DNA of 64,000 nt from Azolla caroliniana (taxonomy: Eukaryota > Plantae > Polypodiophyta). Below the pieces are notes generated by a model, which saw nothing but the letters and a program-made list of their open reading frames with translations, made no database searches and was not told where the DNA came from. Positions within the stretch are counted from its first letter, which is position 1, and each line of letters begins with the position of its first letter. Both the position numbers and the translations under genes were made by a program. Below are positions 18,901 through 35,836 of the stretch, one piece after another. The stretch lies in assembly GCA_043228905.1 (NCBI GenBank), contig JBHGNT010000007.1, forward strand, positions 3,038,001 to 3,102,000. The letters run 5' to 3'.

Positions 18901-20379
18901 ATGGCCTTTTGCACATCGCTTTGCCTCAAATCTCTGTCTCAGCCTACCTCCCATGACAACACTTATTGGTAAAAATCTCAAAAGCATTGAGAATCGGACA
19001 CATAAACATGTTTTTGAGGTGAATCTCGTGTACTTTTATGTCAATAATACCACATTGATACAATCTATCTATCTAATAGTCCCTCATTTGTGTATACTAC
19101 CTTGTTTATCTATTTAAAGGGCAAGATTCTCGTTTTCATCTTTTGATCTCGAACGTGTACACATGCTATAGTTTTTACTCTTAACCCGAAATTGTTGAGC
19201 ACGACGAGCTTTACCATATGAGTGCATACCAAAATCTTGCTCAAATAACTATATACAATGAACTTATCCAAAAGAAACCCAAGTTTAGGTATATACTATT
19301 TGTTATTAACCCAACTGCATCCAAATAACGCTAAAAGCGCTTATAAGATGAACAAACCACACAAATAGGAATTCAAAGCAACACAAAATTGAGTTCATAT
19401 GCTTAACAATTAATCACAATATGTCCATTAGCATTAACACATAGAGACACACTTATATGGGCATATGAGATGTAGACTCCATACTATAATTCTCTCTAAG
19501 AATGACCTTGATTTGATATTATATGTAGTAACTACTACAAACAAGTGATGCTTGCATGTACACATCACAACTTATAGTTGTGAATGGCATACAACTTAAA
19601 GTAATGATTAGTGATTCCCCCCTCCCCTAATGCAACATGTTGTATGAATATATAAAACATCATCTACTTTACTTATGTCACTCTCCTCAATTGCTTGAGT
19701 TATGCATTTGTGACGAAGGTTGGGTGGTCAAGGCTTGTGGTAGTCAAATTTCTCCAAATCATTTTTGAAGTTGATCACATTAGATGTGTAGGACAATACT
19801 TTGACATAATGTGGTCACCTTTATCCTAGAGGGCTCTTAAAAATCTCAAATGAGAAGGGCCATCATGTCGGTGCATCCATGTAAGTATGATGTGACTCGA
19901 CCCAACAAGGCAAATATAACGTTATGCAATGTTAATCTTGATATGGCAACATGATTTCCTCCCTAGAATTGAATCGTCACGTGTTTCACATTTATGATTG
20001 AAAATGGGAAGAACTTATTGTTAGAAACAGACCAGGATTAATCAATGGCTAAGCATTTGCTAGACAAAATATAGCAATGTCCTCACTCACACACAACGCA
20101 TTAGCAAAAAACTTGCGCTAACATTCATTGCTTACATGAAAACCAAATGCTTGTCTTTACAACATTTGGCATCGTGGTTCCTCAAACATTAAGGGCTAGA
20201 TTTATAAGACCGACCTTGGTGTTATGATTCCCTACACATCGGAGGACAATGATTTTGCGTGCAAGGGTTATGGGTGTTGCAACTAGGGGACCATGGTTAC
20301 TTCCTTGCTTTCCCAAGTAGTATGCAGAAGTTTGATCTTGTTCAACACTATTGGATGCTATAACTTTCCAAACTCCATT

Positions 20380-21130
20380 ATACATTGTTAGGTATGTCAA
20401 AGCTTAACTTGATAATGTTAAAGGTGTTTAACACGAAGAAGAAGTCAATATTCACCTTGGTATTAACAAAAAGATGCCCAAAGGCTACAAAGAATCCATA
20501 TAATCAAATATATTGGGTTCAATCAACATGTGTAGTAGCGGAAGCCCTCATGCAGTGTCCTTCCACGACGGGGGGCGGAAAAAGCCATCTTGGTGGAGCA
20601 TATCTTGATAATGTTAAATGTTTGGGGAAAACATGATCCCTAATTCCATTACACATGGTTAAACATAAAAAAAACGTAATCTATATAAGCTCAATAATGT
20701 TGAGCATTGTATGGAACCGTAATCTTCTAACTTAGGTATGTCGAGCCTCACATGTAGGAGCTCAACAATGTGAATGTTTGTGAGCATGCAAAACTTCAGA
20801 TGTAGAATCTCAATAACGTTTAACATTGTATAAAATCATACACCGAGTCAAGATGGGTTATAGGTAGTTACACAAAGCCTTGCTTGCTAAAGCACATTAC
20901 TGAGTATACAAAGCCTCACATATGTCAAATATTGTATAGAACTATATTGCCCTATACCTTATTGTGCTAGTGTAGGTATGCAAAACTTTGTAAGTACAAC
21001 ATTGACAACAAGAAACATTGTATGGAACCATTCTCCCCAAAATGACTATATCTAGCTAATATGCAGAACCTTGACAAGAAAATCTCAAGTTTATACTAAA
21101 AAATGTTGACATTTCGTGGAAAAATGTCCA
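20380..21130. repeat. Degenerate tandem repeat (roughly 100-130 bp units)
   Basis: Recurring ggtatg(c/t)(a/c)aa..c...(c/t)caataatgtt..acattgtat(g/a)gaacc blocks near 20390, 20690, 20810, 20930, 21015 and 21105. Confidence 0.55.
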
Positions 21131-22406
21131 AAACTTTGTGTGATTAATATACTCCTTAAATACAATCAGAAGTGTTTTGTCTTTCAATCTCCTTCATCCC
21201 ACACATGAATATACATGTCAAATAACGAATGAAAGAAAGAACTATTGATATAAGCACAAACACAAGTATAATAGACTATTATACCTACTAACAATATGTT
21301 GGGCTAATGCTAATAATATATGAATAATAATGGGAACTACATCCATAAATGAATGATATTCTAGAATACAAAAGTAAATGCAGTCGATCAATGCAATGGT
21401 GAATAGTAGATCATGATACACAGGTTGATTCATGGCTATGAATCAACATTAAACTTTGAAGTGTAATAATATTGCAAGTTTATTATTATTTGATGGCATT
21501 AAATAGTTGTTGAGTGTATGAAATTATACGATCATTGTTTCCTAGACGTAAGAATACAAATCTCTAGTATGATATATTACTACAGTTTTAGTGTTTGGAA
21601 GTCACTTGATAAACGAAGTGACAATATATGAAAGGCTTCAAATTATCAAGGTAAAAGGATAATGCGTAAGAACCATGCAATCTCTTATGTTGTACGACTT
21701 ATTAGATAAGGTAGCGTTTTATGAATTAGAAAAGTCAAATCCATAGAAGTTCAAATCTTCATGGAAGGACTTCCAAAGATCGAAGAGACCACAACCCTAG
21801 TTTCAAGAATGATTGGGTTGAACATAGTCCCAAACATCTTTGTGTTTAATAACCTAATAACATTCTAAAGCTCGCGACATGAATGGTTTCTCAAAATACT
21901 TAAATGATCTATCATATTTGATGGCTTTTGTTCTCGCCCAGAAAACTCCTTCTACAAATGCAAGGTTGCTAAAAACTGACAAATGGTTAGGTTTTATTGC
22001 ACACTATGCATCGTATCTTGAATCTCGAGACATGTCTTCATTAGATCCCAAACAAACCAAGACCCATCTATCGGGAAGAACCAGAATGGCCATGGCGGAG
22101 GCCGAGCCCAACCGGCCAACTTGCCGGTCTTGCGGACATGATGACCCCAACCAATGCCAACACAAGGTTCAAACTAAGGTTCAAACTTCATGTAATAAAC
22201 GCAGAACTTATTATTATTGCATATTATGCCACCCAATATGAAACGAATGAATTATGTATTTTTGGTTCTTGTTACCATTCTTCCATCGTTCACAACAATA
22301 CCAAAATAAGACTCAGATCGATACCTCCTCGGGTTATCGAGGTTTCTCTGCGCATCCTCTCCCAAACGGACGGATCTGAAACCCTAAGTCTTCGAATTTA
22401 GTGATA

Positions 22407-28015
<5,609 letters not shown>

Positions 28016-29823
28016 GAAGATCAAAATTTATGAGAACAACTTGTGGTCATAATTCTTGGGATACAGTTGAAGATATTCAAAAAAGTTTAAGAGCTGCTTA
28101 GGACACTATATTCTTGCATCTGTAGTTATTTTGCAAGTAAGTATTCTTGTACTTCTTCCAAGCCTCGCATAATGCTGGATGAAAGTGCTAGGTCAATTTA
28201 TATGCACTCTATTATAGTATTTGGTTCTTTCTTAAATTTACTGGAGCTTGATGGACTAAATATTTTTCCTCACATTCCAGAGAAATAAGGGACAAGATGG
28301 ACAAATTTAGTCTGCTGCCTTTATGTAATCAGAAGGAAAGAACGTGAGGAAAGATGGTTCCAGTATTTTTATTATTTTATACTGTTTTTATATGATGTAC
28401 CAAGTAAGAGGGATAGAATGACAGAAAATGGATATAATGTGAGTATATGCATTTATGTAAACTGTATTGATTGAAGGCATACATGGCACAATTTTCTTAT
28501 GCTTTGAATGCCTAATGTGTACGTGTAAACGTTTAATATTGCATGTGTACTTATCATTCTTTTGACAGTTCTGGAATCAAGACAGCAGTATCAGATTTCT
28601 GTATTTTACTTATATATGTTCACGCTATGCTCTATGTGAAGTAACCACAAATTATTCTGCTGTAGAGCTTTGTACTAGTTTAATTTGTGGATTGGTGTTC
28701 CTTCACTTGAGAAAAGGTGCTAACTAAATATGTTGTTCCTTTAAAAATATGTTAGCTTGAGTGGTTGATGAGGATATCCTTGTGTAAGGTTATCAGTGTT
28801 TGGTGTGTGCACGTTTGTTTATAATGACAATCCATAGAGAGATTGAGATTGTATTAACCCTCAAGTGGTTATCATGCGACATTGTTATTTATAATCACGA
28901 ATTTCCAAGTGTAGAACAATCTAATGTGTTGAAAACTACTTCAAACCAGAAGAGTTATGGCAGAACAACTTTGTTTATATCAGTTGAAAATGTTCTTCCT
29001 TAATCTTTATTGAAGCTCTGTGGAGGACCAACTGGAAGTAGGTGATAATGGTTTGGATTTTTTGTATTTGTATTTGACCATTCCCCACTTGCATGTCAGC
29101 ATCTAATTAGAGATTGACATGGAAAAAGAACATGTGATGTGTTGAAAATCCAATTTCGTAGCTTCATCTTTGCAATCTGGTTATTCATGTAGTTTTCATA
29201 CGTACCTAATTATGGTGTAGCTTATTTTATCCAGTTCTTTTATAGAGAGAAAGACCACGAGAGCATTGATAAATTGTTACTCATGAATCGGTATATTGAA
29301 TAATTGAAGCATCTTAATAAATCTCAACCAATTTTTTTGAGAGACACTCATCACACAAGAAGCCACCATAAGTACTAATAGATTGCCTGAAACATTTCAA
29401 GACTATCAACAAGCCTATGGTTTGCACTGTTCCAAAATAGCATGGCTTTGAATTAGAGATGATGAGGGGCCCTCCATTGTTTCCATCACAACAGTTTATT
29501 GAAATGTTGGAAACTGAAACCATCATCGACATTTGAAGATTAGGAATGGGACTTATGAAGAACTGATTCTGTGTAACTTTCTTGAAATGCTGCTATTGAT
29601 GTTTGTTAGAATGTCGAATAGACAAACTATCTGAGACATTTCCAGAGTATCAAGCCATAACAGGCTAGCTTCACATTGGCATGATGGGGAACCCTCCATT
29701 GCTTTCTTAAAATGCTGTCAAAGTTTTTGACATCTGCCAGATGTCATCAATTGTCCGAATTCCTTGCAAGAGGATCAATGTTAAGCAGCATATCATACAC
29801 CCATACATCTCATCAAATAATTG

Positions 29824-32800
29824 TTAATTATCTTCATCAAACTCAGCTTCTTCATCTAAACTTTCCTTCATTGCAATCTCCTCATCCTGATGAACAAAAA
29901 GTCCAGGAAGTTAGCCATTATTGCCTGAGAGAAAGCTGAGTGAGATACCTTCAGAGAAACATACCACATATGCTTGGAATTCTTTTTCTTCATCGATTGC
30001 ATCAAGGACAGCTTCATCCTCCAGCAAATCCTGTAGAGACTCCAGGAATTGATGATTCAAACATAGATTTTGACAAGCACTTTCTACATTATAAAACAGA
30101 ATAGTAAAAGTGCTAAGATATTTACATCATCAGCAATAATCAACTCCCCTGTATCCTCATCCTGCAATGGAACCACAGTAACAACAATATCAAATAAATT
30201 GCGAATTGACATGATACACTTATTTTCACTCCTTTCACCCAGTGTAATGAATGACATCAAATTCCAAAGAAAAATAATTTGATATACAATTTTTGTTTCT
30301 ACCTTATATGCTACAAACATAAGTGGGTCGAAGGGCGAGTAAACGAGATATTCAGAATCGTTCTGAAAAACACGAGATCAAACTCAGATATACCCCTGTT
30401 TAGTTCCTTGCATTCTAGTACTTTACTGATTATATATGAAGATGAACACATTCGATACCATCCTGAAGCTAGTGACTTCAACACCTTCATGTAAAGAGTG
30501 GTCACCACTTCCACCATATACTGAAACACAATCATCATAGTGTTGATTCAAATTTCACATGTACAAATATTGGCATAAAAATTGTGCAAAGAAATTCACG
30601 TAAAGAGACATCATGCGTAGCAAAACCTGTATTAACATCCATTAGATCGTTCTCTGAGTAACAAAAGCCACCTCGCAAAGTCAAGCAATAGCTGCATGTC
30701 ATTGCAACAAGTTAGCAACCCTCATTCCTTGTGTCCAATTTCAATAAAAACAACTCTTCTATAACATTTTGGATATCTATTATGCAGAAAGCTTTTATTT
30801 TAGAAAATAATTGATAGTATATTGAAGATGTCCCAACCCCAAAACATATCTAGTTTGCCCTCAAGACCTGAACATTTGGAAACATAGCAAAGAAAGAAAT
30901 GGAAACCAAAGCATAGTCTACATAATCATCATGCAGCCCATACTACATAGTTATTTTAGAAAACATTTGAAAGCCTTCAAAACTTGGAATTCTAGATGAT
31001 CAAGGAATGTTCATATATTTAAATACCACAGTTTCTCCTCTAAAAGACTCGATATATTAAGACTTAGACTAAACCTTTTCTTCAATCCAGTACAGTTCTT
31101 CTAGGAAGCGTACAAGGATAAAAGATATTTTTGTGATATTCGTAATGCTATATATTTGCGTAAGTTTATTTGTTATGACTTCTCTCTTATATGTTGGATA
31201 TTTATGAAAATTCATGTTTGAATGAGAAAGTCTGTAATCCCATGGTTCATTGCAACAACATTGAGAGGATGTCAACCACATTCAGAAGATTGAGGCTTTT
31301 GGATAAAGTTCAATTTCCCCAGGGGATAGTAGATCATATACATAGTTGAGCACTTAGAAAGATACACAAACAACAAACACCTGTTGATTTGTAATTGTGA
31401 ACACATTATTGGTAATTGGAAGAATGGCCTTACCTTAAACACTGTTTTAGTAAGCAAATATAAGAGTTTAAAGTTGATAATGCAAAATCATGCTTTGAAA
31501 GATATCAGCATAATTACCCGCTAAAGGTTAGATGCAGGCGCCTCTTTGCTAGTTCGTATGATGCAGTAGGAAAAATGTCCTCCAACTCCTCATCTGTAAT
31601 CTGTAATATCCACAAGGATCACGAAATAATATCCATTAGATGAGAAATCATTCAGACTAATTTTTTATTATAAATCAATTGAGTTGACCATCTGATGGGA
31701 ATGATACAAACCTCCTTCAGAACTTTATCTTCTCCATTGATTCTTAGTATTTGCACTGGACTGAGATAATCCATATCGTTATTAACATCAGAGAATTATC
31801 TTAGTCATTTAGCGCCAGATGACATATGGCAGGAATAATTCCACAATAGTATAAAATAATGGATTTAAGATAGACTCACGTGTCAAGAGGGCAGAGAAGA
31901 AAGCACTGTCTGGCATCGATGCTCGAGAAAACTCGTCTTATGAGGCAATCCAGAGGCAATTTGGTTGCAGGATCAACCTGCGATAAATAAAAAGGAATGG
32001 ATTGTAAAAAGTAAAATTCCTGGCCAGAATCTCTAATGAAATCTGCAGTTTTCGTAGTGATAAAAACCATAATGAGAACGTTTGCAGCAACAAACCCTAA
32101 TCCAGACACTTTTGCAAAGATATTTTGTGACTGAAAAATCTTAGTACAGGACCAAGAAGGTATTTTGTAAAGGTAAGCCACATCTAATAAACATGGTATT
32201 ATTTAACAGTTAAACCTTGGTTCGAATAAAAATGGAATTTTGTAGCAGTAAAAACCCAATCCAAACCTTTGCATAGAGTTGAACACTGGAAGCTTGTTAG
32301 CAGTAAAAACCTAATCCAGAACCATAACAAAGTCTTTGAATGGTATTTTGTAACAGTCCATCCTTACATAGAATAGACATGGTATTTTACAGCTGTAAAA
32401 AAAACTTCATTAAAACCTTTACAGAGATTTGAACACTAGACTTTTCTTAGCAATAGCCCCTAATCGGACTAATATGGCATTTTTGTGGCAGTGAAAACCC
32501 TAGCAGATCGACCATAGCATTTCGTAACACTAAATGCCGTAATACAAAAATTGGACTTTGCCACTGTAAAAAACCTAATACAGCATAAACACAGTGAACC
32601 CGAATATAATGAAACACAATATTCTATTAAAAGTAAAAACTCTAATGCCGAGCAAACGTTGTATTTTATAACGTTAAAACAACCAGAACCAGAATAACCA
32701 GTAATGGAGAAGGCAAATATTGGAAAAGAGCCTACAATGGTAGTGATTCGTTTATTCGGAGGAGCCATGAGAGAGACAGTGGTGCCATCTCTATCAAGGA

Positions 32801-33428
32801 TGAATCCTGCAGGTGGCCGAGGAAGAAGCAAAGACTCAGGATCAAACTCATATGCCTCATCATCATCATCTTCATCAATATCATCGTCGTAGTCATCATC
32901 GTCATCTTCATCATCATCATCTTCTTCTTCTTCTTCTTCTTCTACTACTTCTTCAACATAATTTCTACTGGTTTTTCTTCCACCTCTGTATAACTGTTCT
33001 CGTTTCAAGCTCTGTTCTCTTTTTACGTTCCCACCACCGCCATACCCATAGCCAGCAGTACCTCTATCACTATTACCACTACTACGACTATTCTGGTTTC
33101 TACTGCTAACATTCTTATTGCTACTATTCCTGTTTCGATATCGATCATCATCTCCTCCTCCTCCTTTTCCTCCTCCTCCTCCTCCTCCTCTCTGGAGATC
33201 TGCAGGTCTTTTCGAAGAAGAAGACGGCTTCGCAGTATTTTGTCGAGATGGTTGTTGCTTGGCTAATGCATTTACAACAAAGATGGTTGGTCTGCTAATG
33301 CCGATCCTGAGGGTATTTCTGCAACCAAAGACACGCAGGTAAGGGTGGAACGAAAGGGCAGAAGAAGAAGAAGAAGAAGAAGAAGAAGAAGAAGAGAAGA
33401 GGGATGAAGGTGCCATGGCGGAAGCCAT
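29824..33428 (-). CDS. Plastid-targeted uncharacterised protein, DUF3727-like (cyanobacterial-type), about 424 aa, 10 exons
   Basis: Exons 33428-32736, 31977-31880, 31760-31712, 31600-31518, 30691-30627, 30520-30459, 30362-30303, 30161-30126, 30030-29965, 29886-29824 (1275 nt, in frame, GT-AG). Ser-rich transit-peptide-like N-terminus. Core: LPRPPAGF..VDPATKLPLDCLIRRVF..LLCPLDTPVQI..LEDIFPTASYELAKRRLHL..CLTLRG..EGVEVTSF..YLVYSPFDPLMFVA. The family name is from memory. Confidence 0.85.
32010..32720. repeat. Degenerate minisatellite filling intron 1 of the DUF3727-like gene
   Basis: Repeated gcagtaaaaaccctaatccag and atggtatttt..(a/g)cag units, for example near 32085, 32245, 32300, 32490, 32565 and 32632. 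Confidence 0.7.
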
Positions 33429-33520
33429 GTCTCTGGCTCTGTGGATCAGAGCCTTTGACTTGACACAACACATGTCATACATACATACATGCATGCATGC
33501 ATGCATGTGTGTATGTATAT

Positions 33521-33823
33521 ATGTATGATGTATGATGTATGATGTATGATGTATGATGTATGATGTATGATGTATGATGTATGATGTATGATGTATGATG
33601 TATGATGTTTGATGTAGGATGTAGGATGTATGATGTATGATGTATGATGTATGATGTATGATGTATGATGTATGATGTATGATGTATGATGTATGATGTA
33701 TGATGTATGATGTATGATGTATGATGTATGATGTATGATGTATGATGTATGATGTATGATGTATGATGTATGATGTATGATGTATGATGTATGATGTATG
33801 ATGTATGATGTATGATGTATGAT
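33521..33823. repeat. (GATGTAT)n heptamer array, about 43 units
   Basis: Near-perfect 7-bp period, with three variant units near 33605-33625. Confidence 0.97.
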
Positions 33824-35836
33824 TATTACACTTAGTGTACTAGTTACTACCTGAGTGGGTGTATGTCCCCTTTATGTTGAAAGGTGCACTCTGGGCCAAA
33901 GAACATATGTACCTACGACGTATTGGTAGGCTCAGCACGTGCAAGCATCGTGATTGAGCCATGTACTTGGAACACAACGGAGCTGGGCGGGCTTTTCACC
34001 TTGTCTTTACCTATGTAGGCAGCTTTGCTCGAACACTAACTCGCATGGTCCATTTGCACTAAATTAGCATGGTCCATTAGCTCGCAACATTGAATAATGG
34101 ATAGATTGTAGGTTCCATATAGGAAGAAGACTTATGGATCGTGGATTGGGGTCATTAGCTAATTGTGAGAACCCATGAGTATGGCATGGAACAATAACAC
34201 ATATGATTATGCCTCGACTAAAATGTCAAGCTTATGGGAAAGGGGAGTTGGATTATGCATGCTTGCAAGAAAGAGGGTGTAAATTCTACTCCTAGAAAGC
34301 ATGTCAATTTAGATATGACATTGTTTCCAACATTTGGGTTGTGGGCAACCGTCTACAAAGCCATTTTTCTCAAGGAAGAAGCAAGAGTTGGAAACAATGG
34401 CTTAACTAAGTATACAAAACTATACTTAGTTAACAAAACCGTACACATTAACAAACTAAGTATATTTCCAAAAAATCATTAGGATCAATATCTAAATCTA
34501 TAATATTAAGATCTAACATCAAACATTATACCACTCCATTGTACTCAAATATATAGCTATACAAACTTCGTAACTTCTAACCTATTTATACATTTTTTAA
34601 TTGTTGATTATACATATCTCACAAATGTATAGTTACTCTGCTAGTGTTGTCTGTCGAGTGAATTTCTTGTGTTTCAACACATATTGCCTTGTTTTAAACA
34701 TGCTTACTATTAGCTAAGCTCACATTTCACCCACACCAATTAGATCCACCAATTCAACAATAATGAGAATTTAAAATTTTAAAAAATCGAATAGAATGAG
34801 CAACTGTGCGTGCCATTTTTATTAACAAAAACATTATATTATCTTATAAGCAATTTGTAATGTGTTATGCCGTGAAGAAATCTAATGGGAGATCGCATTA
34901 CCCAAGAACATTCAAGGCGAGCATAATACTACATACATGCCTCATGGGACTGGAGCTCTTAAGAGAACATACTTCAAAATTTTGTATTGTCACGCATACT
35001 ATTGTATCATCATGAATCAATGGCATGCAATGCTAGAACTCACTAGCTGTTTTTTTGTGTCGATTGTAGAATACATTTAACAATTTTTGTGTGTTTGTCC
35101 ATTGGATTGGGTAATAATGTGGAGTTCTTGTTTAGTGCCATTCCTATCGACATACATGTCTATGTAATGCGGGGTAAGATAAACATGAGTGGAATCCACT
35201 TGTTTTTTCGTCTCTCTATGTTATATTGTCTATACACAATTAACCAATGTTTATGGTTTGTGATGTTTGTGTGTTGGTTTAGCAAATGTGATCACATAAG
35301 AACACGCTGATGACGCCTAAACCTCTCATAGGTCACGAAGCAATTGCTTGAAGATATGAAAATTGCGAACCCATAACCTCACATATCCGCCACCAAAGCG
35401 TGTGAAAAAAGCATAATTGGGACACACGAATGGCAGGGTCGATAGAAGAGGTTACGTTTCTTTTCCGAATACGTGGATAAGGGAAGGGCTTTCTTGACAC
35501 TGGCATTCCGGAGGCCGATAAGAAGGACATCCAAGTGCAAAGAATTCTCGAGGATCGAATGCCGGAACACTCGTCTATTTCTCGTAGTGTGGAAGATTCG
35601 GTTGGGGGGGAGGCCTTCCGGGAACGAGAAAGGAAAGAATTGATTGGATGAAGGATGAATGGAATGGGTTGGGATGGGGATATTCTGCAGAAAGAAAATT
35701 TGATGCTGATTTTGTAATTGAGCCAAACAGATTCTTCAAAAGCACTTTAAATTGTAAAGCTCCCCCCCTTCAAAAGCATCTCATATATAGTTCATCTTCA
35801 TCTTCATCTTCATCTGAGAGACAGAGGAGAGGGACC

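Noticed and set aside
32704-33342. Overlapping poly-His, poly-Met and poly-Pro ORFs
   Set aside because: Alternative-frame and antisense readings of trinucleotide runs in the real exon.
33429-33506. Upstream start MHACMHVCMYDM for the DUF3727-like ORF
   Set aside because: The ATGs come from tetramer repeats; MASAMAPSS at 33428 gives a normal transit-peptide start.
33521-33823. Telomeric or CRISPR interpretation of the 7-mer array
   Set aside because: Not TTTAGGG-like, no spacers, and eukaryotic context.
35648-35836. Upstream in-frame extension of the IPUT1 ORF (MKDEW...)
   Set aside because: The signal peptide begins at MKISS (35837); the extension includes a TCT/TCA repeat typical of 5'UTRs.
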